A stretch of DNA of 64,000 nucleotides from a virus. Shown one piece after another: positions 9,275-17,669 of this stretch. The position numbers were made by a program, and so were the translations under genes. Location of the stretch: IMG/VR virus record IMGVR_UViG_3300025122_000005, positions 96,001-160,000 of that record; one strand, written 5' to 3'. Each line of letters opens with the position of its first letter. Positions within the stretch are counted from its first letter, which is position 1. The notes beneath the pieces were generated by a model. That model had not been told where the DNA came from. It saw nothing but the letters and a program-made list of their open reading frames with translations, and did not search any database.

Positions 9275-10355
9275 AAATATTGTACATGTTGTGGGTGCAA
9301 GACCAAATTTTATTAAAGCCGCACCAGTAATTCATAATATAAAGGAAAAGGTGCCAGAGGTTAGACAAATCCTTATTCACACTGGTCAGCATTATGACAA
9401 AAATTTATCAGATGTGTTTTTTAGCGCATTGCGGATGCCAAAGCCGGACATCAATCTTAAGGTCGGTTCTTCAAAAATGCACGGGAAACAAGTCGCGGAT
9501 GTAATAGTTGGCATTGAAAAGTATTTGGTGAATAAAAAAGTAGACCTTTTAGTGGTGTACGGCGATGTCAATTCGACTCTCGGAGCAACTTTGGCAGCGG
9601 TGAAAATGGGTATTAAAGTCGCACATGTTGAATCTGGCTTGCGCAGCCGCGACAGATCAATGCCGGAAGAAATAAATAGAATGATCGTGGACAGAATATC
9701 AGATTATCACTTTGTTACGGAAAGGGACGCAGTTCACAACCTTCTCAGCGAAGGTATAAATCGTCATTCAATATTCTTTGTAGGAAACACTATGATTGAT
9801 TCTTTATACGGTGTTCTTGGTAAACTACCGGAATCTTCTGAAAAGGAAGATTATATCCTAGCAACACTTCACAGACCATCAAATGTTGATAATGAACCCG
9901 GACTTCGAAAAATATTAGATATATGTAAATCAGTTGGCAAGAAGGTGATATTTCCGATGCATCCGCGAACGAAGAACAATTTTGGAAAATTTGGATTGTT
10001 GGAAGAGGCACTAAAGGTTCCAAATCTTGAAATCATAGACCCTGTTGGGTATTTCGAATTTGTGTCTTTGATGAAAAACAGTTTTGCAGTATTGACAGAT
10101 TCCGGCGGCGTACAAGAAGAGACAACTGCGTTGTCTGTCCCGTGCCTAACTTTAAGAAATAATACCGAGAGACCTTCAACAATTGAGGAAGGAACAAACC
10201 AATTGGTAGACTCTGTAGAAGAAGTCACTTCAGCGGTTTTAGGTATCGAAAAGGAAGAGAATAAGGAACGTTCCAAGCCAGAGAAGTGGGACGGCCAATC
10301 AGGAAAGAGAATATCTCAAGTTATAAAACAAATATTTGAAAGAAAGGAGAATTAG
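9267..10355 (+). CDS. wecB: UDP-N-acetylglucosamine 2-epimerase (non-hydrolysing)
   Basis: VGARPNFIK, HTGQHYD, GDVNST, HVESGLRS, MPEEINR, TDSGGVQEE, LRNNTERP. Confidence 0.95.
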   Translation: MIKNIVHVVGARPNFIKAAPVIHNIKEKVPEVRQILIHTGQHYDKNLSDVFFSALRMPKPDINLKVGSSKMHGKQVADVIVGIEKYLVNKKVDLLVVYGDVNSTLGATLAAVKMGIKVAHVESGLRSRDRSMPEEINRMIVDRISDYHFVTERDAVHNLLSEGINRHSIFFVGNTMIDSLYGVLGKLPESSEKEDYILATLHRPSNVDNEPGLRKILDICKSVGKKVIFPMHPRTKNNFGKFGLLEEALKVPNLEIIDPVGYFEFVSLMKNSFAVLTDSGGVQEETTALSVPCLTLRNNTERPSTIEEGTNQLVDSVEEVTSAVLGIEKEENKERSKPEKWDGQSGKRISQVIKQIFERKEN

Positions 10356-10357
10356 TT

Positions 10358-11077
10358 ATGGCTTATTGGGGGTACTACGATTTTATAGTAGACTATATCA
10401 AAGGCAAAGAGGAATCATCAGTGATAGAAATTGGGGTGGACAAGGGTCAAACTTTCATTCCTCTTCTTAGTTTTATGAGCAAACATTGCGAGAAATTTGA
10501 ATTAATAGGAGTAGACGTTTTACGTCGTGATGAACTTGCTGTCCAATGTGAGCAAATGGCGAAAGACCTTACAGAGGCTCAGAATGTAGTCTTTTACGAG
10601 GAATCTAGTTTGGTTGTCCTACCAAAATTTATCGAACATTTGAAAGAAAATGCACCGGAACAACAAGGGTTGTTTGACATAATGTTGATAGATGGTGATC
10701 ATAACTACTATACAGTAAAAAAGGAGATGGAATGCGTTCCAGATCTTCTCAAACCTGGCGGGTTTGTCGTTTTTGATGATTACTCAAATAAGTGGGGAAC
10801 TGAGGACGAGTACTTCGCAGATTTTAAAGAATATGAAAACAATGAATTTGTTACCCAAAGAGAAGGAACTGAACACTCAGATAAAAAAGGCACCAAACCT
10901 GCCATTGACGAATTTTTAGAGAATAACCCGGAATGGGTATCGACCGACGCTGTTTGTCCTGGCAGAGAGCCAATTCTCATATATAGATCCGGCGAATTAA
11001 ACTTTTATAACCCGACCACTGGCGAAGCCATCGACATAAACGAAATAGAAGCTGAGAATCCCGAGGAGGAAGGCTGA
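10358..11077 (+). CDS. Class I SAM-dependent methyltransferase (Methyltransf_24-like)
   Basis: IEIGVDKG, LIDGDHNY, LKPGGFVVFDDY. Confidence 0.85.
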   Translation: MAYWGYYDFIVDYIKGKEESSVIEIGVDKGQTFIPLLSFMSKHCEKFELIGVDVLRRDELAVQCEQMAKDLTEAQNVVFYEESSLVVLPKFIEHLKENAPEQQGLFDIMLIDGDHNYYTVKKEMECVPDLLKPGGFVVFDDYSNKWGTEDEYFADFKEYENNEFVTQREGTEHSDKKGTKPAIDEFLENNPEWVSTDAVCPGREPILIYRSGELNFYNPTTGEAIDINEIEAENPEEEG

Positions 11078-11078
11078 T

Positions 11079-12020
11079 ATGTCGGAAACAATGCCAAAAG
11101 TAACCTTTGCATTTATTAATTGTAATAGGTTACATTATTTGAGGAGTTGCTTGGAATCGTTCTTGCAGTGCACCGAAGATTACACAAATAAGGAAATTAT
11201 AGTTGTTGACAATGCATCTACAGAAGACGGCACAGATGAATATTTAGAAGACTTGAGGGAGAGGGGGTTTCGAGTTTTTAGACAGAAGCAAAGAGACCCA
11301 TCAAACGAGTATGCAAAGGCACTAAATATTGTATCTGAAAATGCAACTGGCAAATATATTGCCCCTATTCCGGCAGATTTTCAATTTATCATCAAGGGTG
11401 GTTGGTTAAAAGAATATGTTGATTTTTTTGAAAACTACGAAGACACTACTGGGTGTATCTCTTTCGACGCTCAGAGAAGGGTTAGGAACGCGTCAGGTAC
11501 ATACTCAAATGCCCTGGGTAGTAGTGATTTTAAATTCCTGTATCACTATAATCGAAATCCCGTAATGGGCGCAATGAATTGTATGGTCACAAAGAAGTTG
11601 TTAGATTTGATTTATCCTTGGGATGTAGACAATTTGTCTCACGAGGGTGGTGAAGATTCCGAGACAAAGATGTTGAAAAAAGCAGAAAGATTATTGAGAG
11701 AAAATTCAATGACTGTCTTTTATAGTGCCCCGATAATCCCTGTTTCGGTTGGCATCTTCAACGAAAAGGGAGAGAACGCAAGAATCAGAGGAATGACTAG
11801 ATACGGTGATTATTGGGCCCCACCCGGTGATGATGAGAAAATAAAGTATTATAAGATCCATGAATATCAAGAATTGTTGGAAAAACACAAGAATAACGAA
11901 ATTCCAGTGTCCATAGAGGATGTTTCCGAGGCCCTGGGTTGGAATTTGCCAATAGACTCTCAAGGCAATTGGATAAAACCAGAAAATCCACAAAACGTTA
12001 ATGGTGTTCCAGTTTGTTGA
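11079..12020 (+). CDS. GT2 family glycosyltransferase
   Basis: VTFAFINCNRLHYLRSCLES, IIVVDNASTEDGT, ALN. Confidence 0.8.
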   Translation: MSETMPKVTFAFINCNRLHYLRSCLESFLQCTEDYTNKEIIVVDNASTEDGTDEYLEDLRERGFRVFRQKQRDPSNEYAKALNIVSENATGKYIAPIPADFQFIIKGGWLKEYVDFFENYEDTTGCISFDAQRRVRNASGTYSNALGSSDFKFLYHYNRNPVMGAMNCMVTKKLLDLIYPWDVDNLSHEGGEDSETKMLKKAERLLRENSMTVFYSAPIIPVSVGIFNEKGENARIRGMTRYGDYWAPPGDDEKIKYYKIHEYQELLEKHKNNEIPVSIEDVSEALGWNLPIDSQGNWIKPENPQNVNGVPVC

Positions 12021-12937
12021 TATCCACGCCTATGAAGATTCTGATTAATAGACAAGTAGTGAATGGCCCATGGGGAGGGGGGAATAAATTTGTTAAAGCT
12101 TTTTATGAAATCGGTACAAGCCGGGGTCACAAGATAACGAATACTTTTGAGGATAATATAGATTTAATATTCTTACAAGACCCTCGGCCAAGCGCAAAAG
12201 TTGGAATAGGGATCAATGAAGCGATTCATTATCGTAAATTTTGCAAAAATACAAAACTAGTACAAAGAATTAATGAATGCGATGCTAGAAAGAATACTGA
12301 CTTTATGGATGCTCTTTTATTATCTTGTAGTGAGTGGCTAGACTATACTGTGTTCGTGTCCAATTGGATGCAAAACTATCATTTAACAAAAGGGTGGAAA
12401 TGCAAAAATTACTCAGCCATTTACAACGGTGTAGATCTGGACATATTTCAAAAACGAGAAAAAATTAATAATGGCAAAATTAACATCGTAACTCATCATT
12501 GGTCGGATAATTTTATGAAAGGTTTCGATTTTTACAATGAGATAGACAAGTTTGTAGGTGAAAATGAAAACTTTACTTTCACCTATATTGGTAGAGAGAT
12601 AGGGACCTTTAAGAACACCAAGGTTGTGCCGCCAATTTTCGGAGAAGAGCTAGGAAAAGAACTTGGAAAATATGATTTATATATTAGTGCATCTCGATTC
12701 GACCCTGGACCGAACCATATACTAGAAAGCTTAGCTTGTAAAATACCAACTTATGTGCACGCCGAAGGCGGCGGCTGTATTGAATTTGCAGGAGAGGACA
12801 TGGTCTTTAAAGATATAGAAGAGTTGTTGTCGATAATTACTTCGAAAAAATATAAACAAAATAAGATGCAACCAACAGATTGGGAGTCTTGTCTGAACCA
12901 ATACTTTGATTTATTTGAAAAGGATTTAACTAAATGA
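12014..12937 (+). CDS. GT4-like glycosyltransferase
   Basis: GPWGGGNKF, VFVS, IYNGVD, DLYISASRFDPGPNHILESLACKIP. Confidence 0.8.
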   Translation: MLISTPMKILINRQVVNGPWGGGNKFVKAFYEIGTSRGHKITNTFEDNIDLIFLQDPRPSAKVGIGINEAIHYRKFCKNTKLVQRINECDARKNTDFMDALLLSCSEWLDYTVFVSNWMQNYHLTKGWKCKNYSAIYNGVDLDIFQKREKINNGKINIVTHHWSDNFMKGFDFYNEIDKFVGENENFTFTYIGREIGTFKNTKVVPPIFGEELGKELGKYDLYISASRFDPGPNHILESLACKIPTYVHAEGGGCIEFAGEDMVFKDIEELLSIITSKKYKQNKMQPTDWESCLNQYFDLFEKDLTK

Positions 12938-13014
12938 ACAAATTTAAGTTTTCTGCACTAATAACAGCCAGTGGCGGTATCGGATCACGCCTCATTTTAC
13001 ACAAAATACATTAA
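12934..13014 (+). pseudogene. 26-codon remnant homologous to the N-terminus of the next gene
   Basis: MNKFKFSALITASGGIGSRLILHKIH* versus downstream MKPKIAALITASGGIGSHLVLHKLQ: 15/19 identical residues. ATGA overlap with the upstream gene. Not in the supplied ORF track (too short). Confidence 0.8.
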
Positions 13015-13035
13015 GATTATAGAGGGGACTATAGG

Positions 13036-13953
13036 GTGAAACCAAAGATAGCAGCATTAATAACGGCATCCGGCGGCATAGGGTCTCATCTTGTTTTGCA
13101 CAAATTGCAAGGGCACAAGAATTTAGTTACTCTTACTGAGGGTGCCTTCCGCAGCCAGGGCGGATCAACTAAGGGTGATTTAAAGAGATATTTGTCTCAA
13201 GGTGAGATGCCTTCATTCCGAGACGAACAATTGTTTCCTATAAAGAAAATCAATTCTCAAGAAAGTAAGTGGATTATCCTCAACAAGCCACCACTCAAAA
13301 TGATAAATTACCATAGAACTTTTCATCCGGATATTCCCATATTGTACATTTTCAGAAATCCTGTTTCTTTTTACTATACTTGGATAAAGAAATGGAAAGA
13401 ATATGGAGAAAGAAGATATGGTAAGACAGTTTCGGATGACAGGGTGTTTGAGTGGTTTAAGAATACATTCATGTCTTCGCTATTTGAATTGGCTCAAACG
13501 TTTAGATCGGGAACAGATCATATAATAAGTTTTGAACATTTTTTCAACGATATTGATTTCGAACTAGAAAGAATCTTTAAATGTTTGGATGTCCCTGTTG
13601 TAAAAAATGAGGATTTGAAAGTTCTAGATAAATGCAATGTTTGTGGGACTGAAAAAGTAATAAGAAAAGAAGTACACGTCCGCGGCGAAAGATTCGAAGA
13701 GGTCTTATGTTGCCATCGACATGGCCCGTGTTTGGGCCCAGGAGAATACAATTATATTAGGAAAGAAGACTCTTCCTTTTTGAACAAGTGGAAAGTAAAA
13801 CCTGATCAGGCTGAAGTGTGCAAGAAATTTTCCTCACTGTTTGGCGATGGTTTGATAAAATACTATTTGGAAGAGGGTTATTTGGAAGACAAAGACCGAA
13901 AGATCTTCGATAAGTTAATCCAAGAGTTCCTAGAAGGGTTGAGACGTGAGTGA
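13036..13953 (+). CDS. Sulfotransferase-fold protein with divergent PAPS motif and Cys-rich insert
   Basis: PDIPILYIFRNPVSFYYT (3'-PB-like) and ISFEHFFNDIDFELERIFKCLD (YEDL..D-like). The 5'-PSB loop is atypical (ASGGIGS). Confidence 0.55.
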   Translation: MKPKIAALITASGGIGSHLVLHKLQGHKNLVTLTEGAFRSQGGSTKGDLKRYLSQGEMPSFRDEQLFPIKKINSQESKWIILNKPPLKMINYHRTFHPDIPILYIFRNPVSFYYTWIKKWKEYGERRYGKTVSDDRVFEWFKNTFMSSLFELAQTFRSGTDHIISFEHFFNDIDFELERIFKCLDVPVVKNEDLKVLDKCNVCGTEKVIRKEVHVRGERFEEVLCCHRHGPCLGPGEYNYIRKEDSSFLNKWKVKPDQAEVCKKFSSLFGDGLIKYYLEEGYLEDKDRKIFDKLIQEFLEGLRRE

Positions 13954-14968
13954 GATTGGATTCATTCTCAGGGAGATGACCCATCTTAGGTATTGGATGC
14001 CTCTCGTGCTGGAAGGCAACAACAGGGGGTTGAAATCTGTCTTTTATATTGCATCTTCACAGAAATATAATTGTCCACTTCTCTATATGGATAAAATAAA
14101 AGATTTGGCCAAAAAGCACAACATTGAAATCAGACCATTCGGAGAGGCTAAGAAATGTACAGGAGTTTTATTTTCCAGCGAAAACAGATGGGGGATCGAA
14201 ATTCTAAAAAAAACTCCTAGTACAAAAAAAGTTGTATGCACTTATCAGACAGATTTTGTAGAAAGTTATAACAACTTTTATAAAGAAGTGGCAGACTATA
14301 TTCTTATGCCTAGCGAGTTTTGTGCAAAATATTATAGATGTACTGAAGGGAATAACCTTTATCTCGGTATTCCGAAATATGATGCTTCTTTCACCGAAGA
14401 AGAGGCACTTAAAAACAACAAACTACAAGATACAAACAATGTTCTTTTGGTCTGGCCAAAAAATAGAGATTTGGGCAGAATCAACATGGAGAAACTCTTG
14501 AAATTCTTGCTGAAATCAGGATTCAGAGTTTTGGCTAAAACCAGAGGCAAAGACCCTATTCCAAGAAAACACAAAGAGATGCTAAAGAAAAATGGTGGTC
14601 GCCACCTAGAAGATCGATCATGGTTTCCTCACACTACACAAGAACTTTTAGAAACCTCTAAGCTTGTCATTAATTTTGGATCAACCACTATAGAAGAATG
14701 TGTGATGCACAATGTTCCGCTTATAAACTTTGATATTAAGCCGAGCGTGAGAAACGGAAACAAAAAGAAGTTTAGGGTGACGCATGATTACTTGTACAAT
14801 TATAATTATTGCATTCAGTTGAAAACTGATTTTACCGAAGGACAACTCCAAGCGGCCATTAAATATTTAACATCTGCAGACCTTAAGGAAGAATTCAGGA
14901 AGGCGAGACAGAATCACCTTTTTGATCATAAAGATTCTTGCAAAAGAATACTTGATGTGTTATTATAA
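13946..14968 (+). CDS. GT-B fold protein, CDP-glycerol glycerophosphotransferase / sialyltransferase-like
   Basis: LGIPKYD, VINFGSTTIEECVMHNVPLI; immediately upstream of neuA. Confidence 0.45.
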   Translation: MSEIGFILREMTHLRYWMPLVLEGNNRGLKSVFYIASSQKYNCPLLYMDKIKDLAKKHNIEIRPFGEAKKCTGVLFSSENRWGIEILKKTPSTKKVVCTYQTDFVESYNNFYKEVADYILMPSEFCAKYYRCTEGNNLYLGIPKYDASFTEEEALKNNKLQDTNNVLLVWPKNRDLGRINMEKLLKFLLKSGFRVLAKTRGKDPIPRKHKEMLKKNGGRHLEDRSWFPHTTQELLETSKLVINFGSTTIEECVMHNVPLINFDIKPSVRNGNKKKFRVTHDYLYNYNYCIQLKTDFTEGQLQAAIKYLTSADLKEEFRKARQNHLFDHKDSCKRILDVLL

Positions 14969-14974
14969 AACGTT

Positions 14975-15601
14975 ATGATAGAAGGACTCATGATAGGACT
15001 GGCAGATATGGTCGAAGCCAAAAAACCCAAAGTTGTTGCAATAATCCCCGCTCGCGGCGGTTCGAAAAGACTAGAGCGTAAAAACATATATCCTATTTGG
15101 GGCAAGCCAATGTTATATTGGGCAATCAAGGCAGCAAAGGAAAGTGAACATATTACTGATGTGTGGGTCACCACTGAAGACGAAGAGATAAAAAATATCG
15201 CACTAGAGTGTGGTGCCAAGGTTCATGATAGGGATCCGAGGCATGCACAAGATCACGTATACAAGATGGAAGCCATCAGAGATGCAGCTAGCTTTATAGA
15301 GAGAAGGCACTTCAAACCAGAGATTGTTGTGTCCCTTCAGGCAAACTCCCCAGAAATTACAGGAGAAACGCTAGATAACGCCATTGAGGCATTCATTATT
15401 AACGATAGAAATGAGTTGATGAGTGTTGATGGCGAGTTGATGATGAACGCGGCATTTAGAATAATGAAGAATTGGTATGTTTATCAGAGGGACTTGAGTA
15501 CGAAAACTGGAGCATTTATTTGTGATGTTCACGATGTTCATACAATTGAAGATGTTAAATTTATAGAAAAGAGGGGTAATAAAAATGATAAAAACACCTA
15601 A
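14975..15601 (+). CDS. neuA: Acylneuraminate (nonulosonate) cytidylyltransferase
   Basis: IIPARGGSKRLERKN, GKPMLYWAI, VTTEDEEI, LQANSP. Real start may be the internal ATG of MVEAKK. Confidence 0.88.
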   Translation: MIEGLMIGLADMVEAKKPKVVAIIPARGGSKRLERKNIYPIWGKPMLYWAIKAAKESEHITDVWVTTEDEEIKNIALECGAKVHDRDPRHAQDHVYKMEAIRDAASFIERRHFKPEIVVSLQANSPEITGETLDNAIEAFIINDRNELMSVDGELMMNAAFRIMKNWYVYQRDLSTKTGAFICDVHDVHTIEDVKFIEKRGNKNDKNT

Positions 15602-16268
15602 AAGAGTATTGATATTCGCGGCCCACCATGATGATGAAACAATCGGATGTGGAGGTACCATTAGAAAATGGGCGGACAACGGCGGTCAGATTCACGTATG
15701 CTTCATGACAAACGGAGATACGGGAGTTGAGCAGAGTACTGATGGCGATAACATTGTAGAAACAAGAATAGGTGAATCTAAAAAGGCGGCAAAAATATTA
15801 GGAGTATATCGTCTCCACAACTTAAGCATACCATGTCAAAAAGTGGTTAATCGCCAATCTACTTTTCACAAAGTCATACAGAAAATAAGAGAAATAAAAC
15901 CTGAGTTAGTTGTAACGCACAATAGTGTGTGTAAGCATCGCGACCATAAGAGGACTTCTGCAATAGTTGAGGAAGCATGCTGGAAGGCTTCGGAGAACAT
16001 TCTAGAAGAATTAGGAGAAGTCCACACGATAAAGGACTTGTGGTCTTTTGAAATTACGGACCCACATTCAAATCCGGATATTGTTGTTGATATTACGGAC
16101 ACTTATGAATGGAAATGGTTGGCAATGGAAGAATATCTTTCTCAGTCTGGCATATTGCCGGGAATAATGGAGTACATCGAGGGCTTGTCAAAGGTCCGTG
16201 GATATTCAATAGGCGCAAGAAGAGGTGAGGCTTTTACTAGAATTGGAAAGGCACCGATAAAGATATGA
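15585..16268 (+). CDS. PIG-L/LmbE family N-acetyl sugar deacetylase
   Basis: AHHDDETIGCGG (HxDD), MTNG, R..E...AA.ILG, HRDH. Confidence 0.88.
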   Translation: MIKTPKRVLIFAAHHDDETIGCGGTIRKWADNGGQIHVCFMTNGDTGVEQSTDGDNIVETRIGESKKAAKILGVYRLHNLSIPCQKVVNRQSTFHKVIQKIREIKPELVVTHNSVCKHRDHKRTSAIVEEACWKASENILEELGEVHTIKDLWSFEITDPHSNPDIVVDITDTYEWKWLAMEEYLSQSGILPGIMEYIEGLSKVRGYSIGARRGEAFTRIGKAPIKI

Positions 16269-16978
16269 GCTATATCGCGATAACATCTAATCAACCCAGG
16301 CATAGGGAGTTTATAAACAGGCTTCAGAAAAAAGTAAACTTGTCCCTTGTTATTGTCGTGGAAAAGAAAAAGGGAAACTCTCAGTTTTATTGTTCAGAGC
16401 AATTAGCATTTGGGGGGAAAAAGGATCCCATTAGGGTGAACATCGTGGAATGCACGCCTGTGCAATTAAACTCTAAAAGAATGGCAGAATTGATTACGGA
16501 TGTCCGCCCGGAAGTTTGTTTTGTTTTTGGGGCACCTCTCTTAAAAGAAAACATATTTAGAATACCAAGAAGAGGATGTATAAACATACATACGGGATTA
16601 GTGCAACATCATCGTGGCGTCGACAGTCCTTATTGGGCTCTGTATGAGCGTAGACCTGAATTACTTGGCGCGACTTTGCATTATATAGATTCTTCGATAG
16701 ACGGAGGGGATATTATATCACAAGCAATAACAAAAGATCTGAAAGTAACAGACTCTCCGGATGATATATTTATGAAAACTTGTGCTACTGGATTTGACAT
16801 TTTAGAAGAAAGTGTGTATAATATATTAGATGACTCTGTTGAGGCACACCCTCTTAGCCAATATGGTAACCGAGGCAAACTTTATCAAAATAAAGATATG
16901 GATTATGGTATAATGCTAGAGATAAGATATAAAACACCACACGTGCTAAAGGAATATTTAAATGGAAATAATAGTTGA
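16265..16978 (+). CDS. Formyltransferase (N10-formyl-THF dependent, single domain)
   Basis: FGAPLL, NIHTGLVQHHRG, GATLHYIDSSIDGGDII (Asn/His/Asp triad). Confidence 0.85.
   Translation: MSYIAITSNQPRHREFINRLQKKVNLSLVIVVEKKKGNSQFYCSEQLAFGGKKDPIRVNIVECTPVQLNSKRMAELITDVRPEVCFVFGAPLLKENIFRIPRRGCINIHTGLVQHHRGVDSPYWALYERRPELLGATLHYIDSSIDGGDIISQAITKDLKVTDSPDDIFMKTCATGFDILEESVYNILDDSVEAHPLSQYGNRGKLYQNKDMDYGIMLEIRYKTPHVLKEYLNGNNS
16794..16822 (+). promoter_or_regulatory. Perfect sigma70 consensus TTGACA-N17-TATAAT inside formyltransferase gene, upstream of neuB
   Basis: TTGACA 16794-16799, TATAAT 16817-16822. A second extended -10 (TGGTATAAT) lies at 16906-16914. Confidence 0.75.
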
Positions 16979-17669
16979 TCTTTGTAACCAACACCACGGA
17001 TCTTTAAGCGAATTAAAAAGGATGAGCTTGAATGCTTGGACTGCTGGCGCAGACGTGGTTAAAGTTCAATTGATGGACTCTGAAAAGTTCTTTGGAAGCA
17101 CAGAGAAGAAGTATAGAGATATTGATTTTGAAACTTTTGCAAGTCTTAATGATTTCTGCGTGAATCTTGGGATCCCTCTAATGGCAACTCCTTTTGATAT
17201 GGAAAGATTCGACTGGATAAAATCGTTGGGTATTAAGAGATACAAGATAGCGTCAAGAACAGCAAAGCAAAATCCAGTATTATGCGAAGCAATATTAAAG
17301 GAAAACAAACCCACGATTATATCGACCGGTCATTGTGCCAAGGGAGAATGGCCATTTGGTTTAGGAGAAAAAATAAGTTATTTATTTTGTGTGTCTAAAT
17401 ATCCGACATTCTTGCATGACCCGGCATTAAAAGCAATGCCGGAAGAATTTTCAAGATATTCCTATCATGGATATAGTGATCATGCAATTGGAATAGCTCC
17501 TGCGCTACAGGCTTATTTTAGGGGAGCAAAAATATTAGAAAAGCATTATAGTGAAAATCCTTTGGCACAATCAAAATTTGAAGGCGGTCATTTAGGATCC
17601 TTTGACCAAAAATCTCTTAAGCAATTCAAGGATCTAATTAAAGAACTAGAGATATTAAGGAGCAAATGA
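16962..17669 (+). CDS. neuB: N-acetylneuraminate/nonulosonate synthase family protein (TIM barrel only)
   Basis: DLCNQHHG (variant of ExGxNHxG), GADVVKVQ, TPFD, KIAS, IISTG, CVSKYPT, GYSDH, LEKH. Confidence 0.85.
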   Translation: MEIIVDLCNQHHGSLSELKRMSLNAWTAGADVVKVQLMDSEKFFGSTEKKYRDIDFETFASLNDFCVNLGIPLMATPFDMERFDWIKSLGIKRYKIASRTAKQNPVLCEAILKENKPTIISTGHCAKGEWPFGLGEKISYLFCVSKYPTFLHDPALKAMPEEFSRYSYHGYSDHAIGIAPALQAYFRGAKILEKHYSENPLAQSKFEGGHLGSFDQKSLKQFKDLIKELEILRSK

